IMG/VR virus record: IMGVR_UViG_3300034012_003212
Location: 1-64,000 of that record
Length of the DNA stretch: 64,000 nt
Strand: one strand, 5' to 3'
Positions 23,937 to 33,560 of this stretch are shown piece after piece (position 1 is the first letter of the stretch; every line of letters starts with the position of its first letter). Below the pieces are notes generated by a model. That model made no database searches. It saw only the letters and a list, made by a program, of their open reading frames with translations, and was not told the DNA's origin. The position numbers and the translations under genes are program-made.

Positions 23937-24803
23937 ATGAAAGGAATAATCCTTGCCGGCGGTAGGGGTACGAGATTGTATCCGATGACGGAAGTCTGCA
24001 GTAAACAACTCCAGCCTATATACGACAAGCCCATGATATATTACCCTCTTGCGACATTGATGCTTGCAGGAATCAGGGACATACTCGTCATAAGCACACC
24101 GAGGGACACACCACTCATAAGCAATCTTCTAGGAGACGGTAGTCGTTGGGGTGTAAACATTTCATACGAAGTACAAAAAGAGCCCAAGGGTATAGCAGAG
24201 GCGTTCATATACGGGGCCGATTTTATAGGAAACGATCAGGTGTGCCTGATATTGGGAGACAATCTTTTCTACGGCAGTTTGGATTTCCTGAGAAACGCGA
24301 TAGCAATGAACACTGGAGGGACAATATTCGCGTACCAGGTGAATGATCCTGAGAGATACGGCGTCGTGGAAGTGGATGAAGATGGCAAAATACTCTCGAT
24401 AGAAGAAAAACCAAAAACGCCAAAATCAAATCTTGCTATTCCAGGTCTTTACATATTCAATTCAGATGTAGTTAATATCGCCAGAAACATATCCCAGAGC
24501 GCACGTGGTGAGCTAGAGATAACAGAGGTGCAGAACCAGTACCTAAAGAACAATTCGTTAAGGGTTGAGCGAATGGGGCGCGGAATGGCATGGCTGGATA
24601 CTGGAACTCCCGAGAGCCTAATAGAAGCAGGACAGTTCATATACTTGATAGAAAAGAGGCAAGGCATAAAAGTCGCATGTTTGGAAGAAATAGCTCTTAG
24701 GATGGGTTACTACGACAGTGATGATAAATTCATGGATGCAGTGGAACTTATACCACAGAGTCCATACAAACACTACTGCCTAAAAATATATAGTGAGATC
24801 TGA
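23937..24803 (+). CDS. rfbA: Glucose-1-phosphate thymidylyltransferase
   Basis: MKGIILAGG.GTRLYP, SKQL.P.YDKPMIYYP, LILGDN, EEKP..PKSN, RGELEIT and WLDTGT motifs. Confidence 0.95.
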   Translation: MKGIILAGGRGTRLYPMTEVCSKQLQPIYDKPMIYYPLATLMLAGIRDILVISTPRDTPLISNLLGDGSRWGVNISYEVQKEPKGIAEAFIYGADFIGNDQVCLILGDNLFYGSLDFLRNAIAMNTGGTIFAYQVNDPERYGVVEVDEDGKILSIEEKPKTPKSNLAIPGLYIFNSDVVNIARNISQSARGELEITEVQNQYLKNNSLRVERMGRGMAWLDTGTPESLIEAGQFIYLIEKRQGIKVACLEEIALRMGYYDSDDKFMDAVELIPQSPYKHYCLKIYSEI

Positions 24804-25323
24804 TTCCATACTTCGGTTCAATGCGGTCGGGGTGACACAAAAAAATGGTTATATGGCAATATCGATAAAGATAGCTCCTGATACAAAAGTACGCGTATCG
24901 GATAAATGTGTATTAAATAGCGGTGCGAAAGTAAAAGGGACACTGGTATTTAATAAATTTATGCAGAAAGGGAATCGTTCTATGCTAATAGCCGATACCA
25001 TCATAAATTACAATTCATATTTTTCCAATGGGGTTTGTAAATCACTCCATCATGGTGGAGATTTTTCTAATCTTTATTTCTACGACATACTTTTTTCCGA
25101 TGATTTAGTTATAGAAATTCAATTTGATTATTATCAAATTTCTAAATATTTAGACCCCCCTGGAATAGATGAAGAAAGAGCACTTGAGTATTTAGCAGAA
25201 AATTTTATAACAGATGATGCAGACGTTAATGAGTTATTCGATTTTTACGACCAAGACCTTTCGGTTAACTATACAGTGAGTACTGATACCGACTCTGTTG
25301 TTTACACGCTAAAAAGGGTCTAG
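24793..25323 (+). CDS. Hypothetical protein
   Basis: 176-aa ORF overlapping rfbA; start uncertain. Confidence 0.5.
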   Translation: MRSDSILRFNAVGVTQKNGYMAISIKIAPDTKVRVSDKCVLNSGAKVKGTLVFNKFMQKGNRSMLIADTIINYNSYFSNGVCKSLHHGGDFSNLYFYDILFSDDLVIEIQFDYYQISKYLDPPGIDEERALEYLAENFITDDADVNELFDFYDQDLSVNYTVSTDTDSVVYTLKRV

Positions 25324-25327
25324 CAGC

Positions 25328-25930
25328 ATGCCATATTCTGGTATTGCAAAAATAGAAATTCAGAAAAAGATGCAAATGGATAATTCAAATATCAGCGAAA
25401 GCTTAAAATGGCACCTGGAAAAAAACATTGGAGTGGTATCAAATATTTTCCGCCCCACCTCGAGGTCCTTTTTTGAGATCATAAACGAAGCTAGGATGTT
25501 ATACATTGATGGTTCCATTTCCCTTAATGAGAATGACCGCATTGTTCTGGATGAGACTGATATAGGAAAATTTGGAATGTTTCGTGGTAAACACGTTCCA
25601 CTTGATATGCCCATGTGGAAAGAAGAGGATGTATCAGAAGCAGAATACAAAGGCAGGAATGTTGAACTAAACAAACCAAAAAGGGGCGGAAAGAAGAAGT
25701 ATTACGTCTACACAATAAATCCGGAGACCAAAAAGGTCATAAAAATATCTTTCGGCGATGTCCATGGAGGATTGACCGCGAAAGTTTCCGATGCACAAGC
25801 TAGGAAGAGTTTTGCGGCTAGGCACAAATGTAGCACAAAGAAAGATAAGACAAAAGCAGGATACTGGGCATGTAGGATAAATAGGTACGGGTACCTATGG
25901 GGAGGAAAAACTTATCCGGGGTATTGGTAG
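25328..25930 (+). CDS. Conserved phage protein (basic C-terminal domain SFGD...ARKSF.ARHKC...KAGYWAC)
   Basis: Motif recalled from large dsDNA viruses; function unknown. Confidence 0.65.
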   Translation: MPYSGIAKIEIQKKMQMDNSNISESLKWHLEKNIGVVSNIFRPTSRSFFEIINEARMLYIDGSISLNENDRIVLDETDIGKFGMFRGKHVPLDMPMWKEEDVSEAEYKGRNVELNKPKRGGKKKYYVYTINPETKKVIKISFGDVHGGLTAKVSDAQARKSFAARHKCSTKKDKTKAGYWACRINRYGYLWGGKTYPGYW

Positions 25931-26203
25931 ATGCGCCTTCCATTTGATGAACAAAAGATAACAAAAAACGTCGCAATTAGAATCTTCTCAGAAGATACTC
26001 CACAGGAGGAGTTGATGTGGCACATGGACCCAGAAGATAGAACGATTCAATCTATCGAAGAAACTGATTGGATGATTCAACTCGATGACGAGCTTCCTCG
26101 AAAATTAACAGGTGAAGTAAGGATACCCGCAAATGTCTACCATAGATTGATAAAGGGAATCGGGAAGTTGAGACTACAGGTGACTTTTTACGATGGTGTA
26201 TGA
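25931..26203 (+). CDS. Cupin-like small protein
   Basis: WH.D.EDR...W.IQLD...P...IP...YHRLIKG pattern. Confidence 0.6.
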   Translation: MRLPFDEQKITKNVAIRIFSEDTPQEELMWHMDPEDRTIQSIEETDWMIQLDDELPRKLTGEVRIPANVYHRLIKGIGKLRLQVTFYDGV

Positions 26204-26220
26204 TAGATGCATTTCGGACT

Positions 26221-27183
26221 TTACCCCTTTCTCAATTTGCGCTTCAGATGGTCAGGGATCACATTAGGATTCCTTTTGAGCTCTGTTGCGAATCCTGTTT
26301 GTAAATTATACCGAATTGTCGTATCTACCTGAAGATCATCGGGCAGCCTTGTGATCCCTGTGCAACCAATGAGATCCAGATACCCTCCCACCTTGAGGCC
26401 ATCAGGCAGCTTCGTGAGTCCTGTGCAACCCCCTAGATCCAAATGCCTTCTCACGGTAAGACCATCAGGCAGCTCCTTGAGTCCTGTGCAATCCCCTAGA
26501 CCCAAATCCCCGTTCACAATGAGATTCTCAGGCAGATTCCTGAGTCCTATACAGCCATTGAGATACAAATGATCTCCTGCGATGAGATCGGCGGGCAGCT
26601 CTCTGAGCCCTGTGCAATTATTGAGATTTAAGACCCATCCAACCTTAAGTCCCTTAGGCAGCTCCGTGAGTCCTGGGCAATTCATCATAAAAAAATGCCC
26701 ATTCACTGTGAGGGCCTCAGGCAGCCTTGTGATTCCTGTGCAGTGATTTAAAGACAAAGTTCCATTTACCGTAAGGCCCTCAGGCAGTCTTGTGATTCCT
26801 GTGCAGTAATCCAAAACCAAACCCTTATTGGCCTCGAGGCCCTCAGGAAGCCTCGTGATTCCTGTGGAGGCGAAATTGAATTCACCTTTAACCTTGAGGT
26901 CTTCGGGCAGCCGCGTGATTCCTGTGCACAACCCGATATTCAAACCCCCATTGGCTTCGAGGACGTCAGGCAGCCTCGTGAGATACGAGCAACCGGCGAG
27001 ATTCAAATACCCGTTCACCTTGAGGACGTCAGGCAGCCTCGTGAGCTTTCTACATTCATAGAGAAACAAGCCCCCTCCCACAATGAGACGATCAAGAGTT
27101 CCTAAGGAGTCCAATGCTTTCTTTGAACAGTTCCTAAGATTTATTTCTGTCTGTTTTTCTATCTTTATCTTCTTCTTTATCAT
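26221..27183 (-). CDS. Leucine-rich repeat protein (12 repeats of ~21 aa)
   Basis: Repeats of L.V.G.L.L..CTG(I/L)T.LP. Confidence 0.9.
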   Translation of the reverse strand: MIKKKIKIEKQTEINLRNCSKKALDSLGTLDRLIVGGGLFLYECRKLTRLPDVLKVNGYLNLAGCSYLTRLPDVLEANGGLNIGLCTGITRLPEDLKVKGEFNFASTGITRLPEGLEANKGLVLDYCTGITRLPEGLTVNGTLSLNHCTGITRLPEALTVNGHFFMMNCPGLTELPKGLKVGWVLNLNNCTGLRELPADLIAGDHLYLNGCIGLRNLPENLIVNGDLGLGDCTGLKELPDGLTVRRHLDLGGCTGLTKLPDGLKVGGYLDLIGCTGITRLPDDLQVDTTIRYNLQTGFATELKRNPNVIPDHLKRKLRKG

Positions 27184-27243
27184 ATTCTATTTCTATTTTT
27201 GTAGCCCCTTTAACCCTTTCTCAATTTATTTAAGGGTAAGGCA

Positions 27244-27429
27244 TCATCGTATGGTTTCACCATTGATGATCTTGGCCTTAATATCAAGCGGAAGTTCACT
27301 TATACTGGAAGCGCTGTACCTCTTGAGCACATCTTCTATGTTCTTCATCTCAAAACTCCTATCAGTTTCCTTTCCTATTTCTTTGAGATTTCTCTTGACC
27401 AATGGCGCTATTTCTGAATATTTTTTCAT
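27244..27429 (-). CDS. Hypothetical protein
   Basis: 61 aa; 4-nt overlap with upstream gene. Confidence 0.55.
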   Translation of the reverse strand: MKKYSEIAPLVKRNLKEIGKETDRSFEMKNIEDVLKRYSASSISELPLDIKAKIINGETIR

Positions 27430-28001
27430 ATGCGTTTATTTTTTTGTATCCATCTCTCCGCAGAACTTACTATCTTTGGATGAGCATTTTTCAATATGGT
27501 TTTCCACTTATTATCTATTATAGGAGTGTAGTATTCGCTGAATATCGAGTACCGCAGAGGCCTCCCCTGTTTCAACAAATCTGGATTTGTTATGAATAGT
27601 CTGGCAGCCTCTGCCATCCTTTCATCCACATTCTTATCATCCCGATCTGATATATTTTCTTCTCTTGATTTTAGCTTTACGAAGTTTTTGCGAAAGCTTT
27701 TACCCAACTGATCAGATATGTAGTGTCCCATCTCATGGGCTATTATTCCGTAGGGCGTTAAATCCTCAACAAAACCAGGAAAAGACCAATCATGGCCGGG
27801 CACCTTTACAATAGGCCTGCACAACTTTCTATTTATATATATGACATTGTTCCAGTAGAATATTCCATAGAACGAATCATCCATGCTATTATCTATGATG
27901 ACCTTAGGGACTTCTAATTTATTTAGTTTGCAGAAGTCATGAGCAAGTTCAAGACCAGCTGATAATAAATGCTCTTTAGTTTCGAGCCCTTTGAAAATCA
28001 T
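27426..28001 (-). CDS. Zincin-like metallopeptidase domain protein
   Basis: IAHEMGH (HExxH) with downstream E (ERMAEA). Confidence 0.6.
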   Translation of the reverse strand: MIFKGLETKEHLLSAGLELAHDFCKLNKLEVPKVIIDNSMDDSFYGIFYWNNVIYINRKLCRPIVKVPGHDWSFPGFVEDLTPYGIIAHEMGHYISDQLGKSFRKNFVKLKSREENISDRDDKNVDERMAEAARLFITNPDLLKQGRPLRYSIFSEYYTPIIDNKWKTILKNAHPKIVSSAERWIQKNKRI

Positions 28002-28002
28002 T

Positions 28003-28437
28003 TCAGAAATCGCCCTTCTGCACCTGCAGACACGTCAAACCTAGTTCCCTCCACATATCAACAACAGAATTCCTATCATCAAGGACAAACCAAACATCGT
28101 GCCTCGGCGCTATTTTGTTCATATATATCTCCCTTTTTACTATATGATCAGGGCGGTTATCACCTTTCTTCCTCATATACAGTTCAATTGGAGTTTCTAT
28201 TCCATCGAAAACGTATTTACGAATCCACTGTTTTGTCGCATCCATACACGAATCTTCTCGGCCGGAACAAAATACTATGTCATTCCACTGTAGGTACAGG
28301 AGTTTAACGAGTTTTATGATATCCTTCTTGGGCATATCTTCCATGACCCTAGAATAATCATATATGTCCCTATCAGTCTTTTCTGATATAGTTCCATCTA
28401 TGTCGACGATTATGGTAGTCTTATTCTTATTTTTCAT
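28003..28437 (-). CDS. HAD phosphatase (T4 PNK 3'-phosphatase-like)
   Basis: IVDIDGT, CSGR, RPD..VK and LDDR..VVDMWR.LGL.CLQV motifs. Confidence 0.85.
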   Translation of the reverse strand: MKNKNKTTIIVDIDGTISEKTDRDIYDYSRVMEDMPKKDIIKLVKLLYLQWNDIVFCSGREDSCMDATKQWIRKYVFDGIETPIELYMRKKGDNRPDHIVKREIYMNKIAPRHDVWFVLDDRNSVVDMWRELGLTCLQVQKGDF

Positions 28438-29116
28438 CTTTACCCTCTTGAAAATACTTCATTTTATCCCTTATTTTTGCAGCTGCCTCGTAGTCTTCGT
28501 TCTTTATTGCTGCGTCCAACTCGTCTTGCAATGTCATTGATTCTCCTTCTTCTTTATCCTCTTCGATGTCATCGAAATGATCTTCAAATTCATCTTGGGG
28601 TTTATCCGTTGAATCAATTGATTTCTTGGATAAATTCATTATGACATCATTTGTTATGAAGATAGGCGCGTCGGCCCTCAATGATATTGATATTGCATCA
28701 CTCGGCCTGGAATCAAGGACGATGTGTCCTCCCTCATCTTGCACGATTATGGAAGAATACACTGTATCAAAACTATTCTTCTCAAAATCAATTCCATCTA
28801 TTACAACATACAATAGACGACCTTCCATTTTATCCATAAGTGTTACAAAGAGGTCGTGTGAGAACGGCCTGGATGTCATCCTTTCATCATTCTGGGCTTC
28901 AAGGAATATCGCTATTGACTGCGCCTCTGATCCACCTATTGTTATAGACACCATCTTCCCAGACTTGTTCTTTTCGCGGAGTATGAGGTTGTATGCATCC
29001 AAGATCTTATCGCTGGGAACAATGCCATATATCGTGAACTCGGAAGAATTCTTTGGCGTGCTGAAACTGTAATTTTCAATCCCATCATCATCCTCGTCGT
29101 CAAAAAAATCACTCAT
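28427..29116 (-). CDS. Bifunctional nuclease (DUF151) with C-terminal UVR domain
   Basis: IG..EAQSIA, RP.SHDL, DSRPSDAI..LRA.APIF; C-terminal LD.AI..EDYE.AAKIRD. Confidence 0.85.
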   Translation of the reverse strand: MSDFFDDEDDDGIENYSFSTPKNSSEFTIYGIVPSDKILDAYNLILREKNKSGKMVSITIGGSEAQSIAIFLEAQNDERMTSRPFSHDLFVTLMDKMEGRLLYVVIDGIDFEKNSFDTVYSSIIVQDEGGHIVLDSRPSDAISISLRADAPIFITNDVIMNLSKKSIDSTDKPQDEFEDHFDDIEEDKEEGESMTLQDELDAAIKNEDYEAAAKIRDKMKYFQEGKDEK

Positions 29117-30667
29117 TTATATCTCCATTGTATAAATTTTGTATGGAAATTCCTCATCCTTGTATATGTCAATCCTGGATTCGCCATGCTTTAGAAGGTA
29201 GTTTTTTTCTGCTTTAACTGACCTCTTAGAACCATCATGCTTCTTCCATGATAGATCATCTTGTATATCTATTATGGTCACAACATCTTTGTTTGCATTG
29301 AGCCTCATTCCCCTTCCGATGGATTGCTTTATGATCTTCTCAGACTTATAACTCTCCACAAAAAATATGTTGTGTATGTTATTTATACTTATTCCGGTGG
29401 AAAAAGTACCAAAAGATGCTATCAGAATTTTATCCCCGCTTTCTTCCATCAACTTCTTGTACTCATCCCTTATATTTATTGACGTCGAACCATCGACGTA
29501 ATGTATACCCCTATCGTCAGTTTCTTCGCGAAGTTGGTCGTATATCCTTCTTCCGTAGTTATCCTTTATGTTCTGGAAAAGAACCAGACTGTTGTTTTTT
29601 GATTTCTTTATGAGGTCACAAATGACCCTGAATCTTTCATTTGACTTTATGACGAGTTCCCGTTCCAGCGCTAGTTGTTTCTCCCCGGTCACTGTGTCTT
29701 TTATCAGCCTCAGATCAAACAGTTTTTTGCAGAGTTCATTGTTCTTGTATTTGAGCCTCACAACTTTTATGTTCACAGGCGTGGCGACTTTCTTTTCGAA
29801 GAGATCAATGGGTCGTATTTTATTGATTAACGGACCTATGAACGCTTGTATTGTTAATGCATCTGCTGTATCATCCTGTTGCAGAGTTCCAGAAAGCCCA
29901 AATTTTATCTCAGCATCTCGGCACTTTGATATGACAACCTTTACGCTCTTTGCATTTGTGAAATGCGCTTCATCCACACACACGACATTTATGCCTTCGA
30001 ACCAGGATTCATTCTGCTTAACAAGAGATTGAAACGTTCCTATTACAATATCCACATCCTGTTTTTTCTTCTCATTGACTTCACCGGACACCATCTGGGC
30101 CTTGAACTTCGTGAGCTTCTTCTCGAATGAATATTCTTCAAATGCATCCAATGTCTGTATTATCAAGCTCGTGTTGGGAACCACTATAAGCATCTTCGAC
30201 AACTTCCCCACATGCTTAAGATATGCAAAGATCATGAATATTATCAGAGTCTTACCAGCAGAAGTGGCAAGTTCACTTATAGATCTCTTGTATTTTAATA
30301 TCTTCAGGGCGGCATCTATCTGATAATCCCTCGGCTTCTTCTCATGGTCTTTGAAATATTCCTCTGCCCACTCGCTGAAGTGTTTTTCGTCGAAATCCGA
30401 CCATATGCTTCTTTCTATTCCATCAATTTCTATGGGTATACCGAATTTTGCACAGACATCTTTCACCTTTGCTATCAAACCTATAGGAACTCGGTTTGCT
30501 TTATCAAGAAATGAAATATTACCATCCCATAACTTTTTTCTCACTAGAGGATTGAACATCCAGTTCCGAATCTTCTTTGTGAGGGATGATCTCATCTGTT
30601 GCAATTCTCTGTCGGTGTACTCAGTGAACACCAACCAATTAGAATCTTCTGTGACAACTGCTTTCAT
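29117..30667 (-). CDS. uvsW: UvsW-like SF2 DNA helicase
   Basis: PRDYQ, ATSAGKT, DEAH, GLSGT, STGISI..IHN and QSIGRGMR motifs. Confidence 0.9.
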   Translation of the reverse strand: MKAVVTEDSNWLVFTEYTDRELQQMRSSLTKKIRNWMFNPLVRKKLWDGNISFLDKANRVPIGLIAKVKDVCAKFGIPIEIDGIERSIWSDFDEKHFSEWAEEYFKDHEKKPRDYQIDAALKILKYKRSISELATSAGKTLIIFMIFAYLKHVGKLSKMLIVVPNTSLIIQTLDAFEEYSFEKKLTKFKAQMVSGEVNEKKKQDVDIVIGTFQSLVKQNESWFEGINVVCVDEAHFTNAKSVKVVISKCRDAEIKFGLSGTLQQDDTADALTIQAFIGPLINKIRPIDLFEKKVATPVNIKVVRLKYKNNELCKKLFDLRLIKDTVTGEKQLALERELVIKSNERFRVICDLIKKSKNNSLVLFQNIKDNYGRRIYDQLREETDDRGIHYVDGSTSINIRDEYKKLMEESGDKILIASFGTFSTGISINNIHNIFFVESYKSEKIIKQSIGRGMRLNANKDVVTIIDIQDDLSWKKHDGSKRSVKAEKNYLLKHGESRIDIYKDEEFPYKIYTMEI

Positions 30668-31131
30668 CGTGTTCTAAAATTTTCTAAGTCCAATCGATGT
30701 TTTATTCCGAAAATCATGCTATCGAGGGTCTTGATCGTCTCGTACATGTAGCCGGAATGGGACTTCATTATATTTATATGGTGAATGTGATCAGAGCACG
30801 CCCCGTCAATTAAATTGTTCATATCAGTCCTGCCGTATCTGACATCCATGTTATTCAGTTCTTCTATGAGCTTTTTCTTCTTTTTGTTCAACCTAGACTC
30901 AACCCTTGAAATACTCATGGTTATGTTGTATTGATACTCAACTGCTTCCTGCCTTGAAGTGTATAGGTCAACCTGAAGCTCAGCTAGATTATGAACATCT
31001 CTGATCCTTTCAGCCATCTCTTTGATCCTGTTCCTCCAATCTTCCCGCTCATCAAGGAAGCGTTCACGCATTCCGTTGAGTTCTTCTTCTACTGTTTTAG
31101 AAGAGTCCCGTGTTTCTGTTTCTTTTTCCAT
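30664..31131 (-). CDS. uvsY: UvsY-like recombination mediator
   Basis: Helical; C-terminus ETIKTLDSMIFGIKHRLDLENF resembles UvsY; coupled to uvsW. Confidence 0.55.
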   Translation of the reverse strand: MEKETETRDSSKTVEEELNGMRERFLDEREDWRNRIKEMAERIRDVHNLAELQVDLYTSRQEAVEYQYNITMSISRVESRLNKKKKKLIEELNNMDVRYGRTDMNNLIDGACSDHIHHINIMKSHSGYMYETIKTLDSMIFGIKHRLDLENFRTR

Positions 31132-31315
31132 GTTCTTCGATCTTTACTTTAATTTTTTCTTTCTTCTTTATATCACCAATAGAAAATGATTTCAAATCCG
31201 GAAAGCTCAATTCACTTGCCGAAAATTCAATTTCACCCTTTAACTTCTGCTCAATGGGAGTGTCATCGGTAAAATCAACATGCTCCGTATTTTCTCTATA
31301 GTAAAACGATATCAT
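31097..31315 (-). CDS. Hypothetical protein
   Basis: 72-aa ORF filling the primase-uvsY gap. Confidence 0.4.
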   Translation of the reverse strand: MISFYYRENTEHVDFTDDTPIEQKLKGEIEFSASELSFPDLKSFSIGDIKKKEKIKVKIEEHGKRNRNTGLF

Positions 31316-32384
31316 ACTTGTTATTGGTAAAATAACTTGATATACCCTGTATCCTTTTGTTATTCATGACGCAATGAACGATAGTATCATTCCAATCGAC
31401 CTTGCTCTTCTTCATTTTTATTCCATTATCGTCCAAAAACTTCTTCCACATAAAAACATACTGGCCACTCTTCAGCAGTTCCATTGATTTCTTTTTACCC
31501 GGTTCGTCGTAATCAAAGAGATAGCGGAATCCCTCAAATTCAAACGGAACACTAGCATGGAGTGATGCAAGTGCTATGCTGTTGGGAAAAAGGAAACAAT
31601 CCATCGGTCCTTCAAATATTGTGATGACTTTGGAAAAGTCTACATTGAATATGTTGAATGTGTTGCTCAACTTATCCATTGACTGCACATCAAGGTCTTC
31701 AATGGACTCGTTCCTCTTCAATATATCCCTTGCCTTTGACCATTTGTATGTCATATACTTCTGGCCCTGCATTTCACGCATGCCAAAATTCCTGATCTGC
31801 CAACCTATAACTTTGTTGTCCTTTCTACAGATGTTGAGGACAAAAAGCCTTTTGTACTTTGGATCCCACAGAAAGTTTTCAAAATCTCTCTGCATCCGTT
31901 TCTCCAGATACACCTCTATGGCGGAACCCTCTATTTCGGTTAGATGCAGTTTGGTTTTGAGTTCTTCTCGATCAAACATGAAATCCTTCACTCGCGGATC
32001 GAATATAGATTCTATGAGCGTGTCTGGATTAAAACTCTTTGTTTTATTGTGCTTAAAAATAAGGGATTGCACCGCCAATTCACGTAGTTTATCCCATCCG
32101 CTTTTAAGCAAATCAAAATCGCGCAAGAACTTATCAAGATTTGCATGCATTTCACAGTTAAAGCAGTGAAAGCTAAGGCTGCTGAGGTAGAGATTTCCTC
32201 TTTTTTTGAACTGATTTGAACTGGAATCACCACAGTATGGGCACGCAAAATTTAGATTATCCTTTCCAATTTTGACCACAGACTTCTGCGAAGATTCACC
32301 GAATCTAATATTCAGTATCTCCCTAACACACGCTAGTATAATTTCTGACTTCTCTTCGTCAGAAATTGCAAATTCTTTTATCAT
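31296..32384 (-). CDS. DNA primase (T4 gp61-like)
   Basis: CPYCGDS...KRG...FHCFNC zinc finger; TOPRIM EGPMD and FDYDEPG; start reassigned to 32384, after the terminator. Confidence 0.9.
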   Translation of the reverse strand: MIKEFAISDEEKSEIILACVREILNIRFGESSQKSVVKIGKDNLNFACPYCGDSSSNQFKKRGNLYLSSLSFHCFNCEMHANLDKFLRDFDLLKSGWDKLRELAVQSLIFKHNKTKSFNPDTLIESIFDPRVKDFMFDREELKTKLHLTEIEGSAIEVYLEKRMQRDFENFLWDPKYKRLFVLNICRKDNKVIGWQIRNFGMREMQGQKYMTYKWSKARDILKRNESIEDLDVQSMDKLSNTFNIFNVDFSKVITIFEGPMDCFLFPNSIALASLHASVPFEFEGFRYLFDYDEPGKKKSMELLKSGQYVFMWKKFLDDNGIKMKKSKVDWNDTIVHCVMNNKRIQGISSYFTNNKYDIVLL

Positions 32385-32397
32385 ACTAATAGATATT

Positions 32398-32432
32398 AAA
32401 AAATCAGGGGGTTTAGTGTAAAACCCCCTGAT
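32398..32432 (-). terminator. Intrinsic terminator after SSB gene
   Basis: ATCAGGGGGTTT / AAACCCCCTGAT 12-bp stem, followed by a T-tract on the minus strand. Confidence 0.8.
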
Positions 32433-32453
32433 ATGATGCACAGAATTTGTATC

Positions 32454-33437
32454 TTAATCTAAATCATCGTAGGAATCAAGTCCCATGTCATCTATCGGAT
32501 CCAATTTTTTCTTTGAACTCGAGCTCGGGGCGGGAATGTCATCATCCAATATATCATAGACTGATGTCACTTTTTGAGACTGAGCATTCTTTTGCCTGGG
32601 TTCTGTGCGTTTCGATGATGTATTTATCTCATCAAAAGCATCTTCTATGATCTTCGCAGGATTGATTGAACCTGACTCAACACTCTGGATCAATCGATTC
32701 ACGAGATCATGCGTCTCGTCATCCCAGTCCTTGTATCCGTTATCCTCAAGGTTCGGCGAATTCTTCTCCAGCCAATCAGCAATTTCCTTCTTCTTTTCCT
32801 TGTCCTGCATAGCTTCTTCTATGCTAACCTTCTCGCCGTCTATGTGCAAGTATGGATATGAATCACCGTCGAACTTACAGCCCGAAACATCATCCCAATC
32901 TCCACTCTTCGTAAGATGGAGGACGAATCGCCTTCCGGTCAAGAGATTAAACGGATCACGGGGTGAGCCGATTTCGGGATTTATCTCACTCTCAATCTTG
33001 TCCTTTATCTTCTTTCCGAACTTGTAGATCATGATCTTGCCAACGAGTTCAGGTGCGTTGTCATCCTTGATGACTTGAACAAGGGCATAGCATGAAAGCT
33101 TTCTTGAGAATTTTTCGGCCTGTGCCTTCATGGTCACATCCTCAGAATCTCTGAGCTTCTTCCACATCTGATAAAGAACGCTCGATTTTCCTATAGAAGA
33201 GGGGCAATCGACGAGTTGACCTGAACCTGTTGAGGGATCAACCAACCAAGCGGTCCATTTTTGGATGATTGATTTTTGTTTGTTTTTGTACCAGGGTACA
33301 AATCGAACAACGGACTTATAGACGCCGTTGTTTCCGTTTTTCGTGTTCGGGCGATAGTAGATTCCACCCTCACTTTTTGCGCCTTTAAAGGCGTCAAGAC
33401 TATCGCTCGTGAGCAATGAGTCAAAATCAAAAGACAT
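32454..33437 (-). CDS. Single-stranded DNA-binding protein (T4 gp32-like)
   Basis: VRFVPW, CP.SIG, Y.LV.VIKD..PE..GKI..YKFGKKI and DPF.L..G..F.L motifs; acidic C-terminal tail. Confidence 0.85.
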   Translation of the reverse strand: MSFDFDSLLTSDSLDAFKGAKSEGGIYYRPNTKNGNNGVYKSVVRFVPWYKNKQKSIIQKWTAWLVDPSTGSGQLVDCPSSIGKSSVLYQMWKKLRDSEDVTMKAQAEKFSRKLSCYALVQVIKDDNAPELVGKIMIYKFGKKIKDKIESEINPEIGSPRDPFNLLTGRRFVLHLTKSGDWDDVSGCKFDGDSYPYLHIDGEKVSIEEAMQDKEKKKEIADWLEKNSPNLEDNGYKDWDDETHDLVNRLIQSVESGSINPAKIIEDAFDEINTSSKRTEPRQKNAQSQKVTSVYDILDDDIPAPSSSSKKKLDPIDDMGLDSYDDLD

Positions 33438-33560
33438 AAGAACTCCTTAGAAATTTAGAAAAATATAGAAAAACGCTAACGCGTTGAATAGTAGTATCGA
33501 AAGAATTTTTAGTTATCTAAGTCATTGTACTGTCAGCAAACGAAAAGGTTACTGCCGCCA

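Noticed and set aside
27083-27523. 146-aa plus-strand ORF and similar antisense ORFs over 28-64 kb
   Set aside because: They lie opposite well-supported minus-strand genes and have no recognisable motifs.
23937-29116. Bacterial chromosome origin suggested by rfbA, BFN and tRNA
   Set aside because: These genes are interspersed with T4-like replication and baseplate genes, and no bacterial housekeeping operons are present.
32385-32441. Primase start at 32441
   Set aside because: It would run through the SSB terminator hairpin; ATG 32384 is more plausible.
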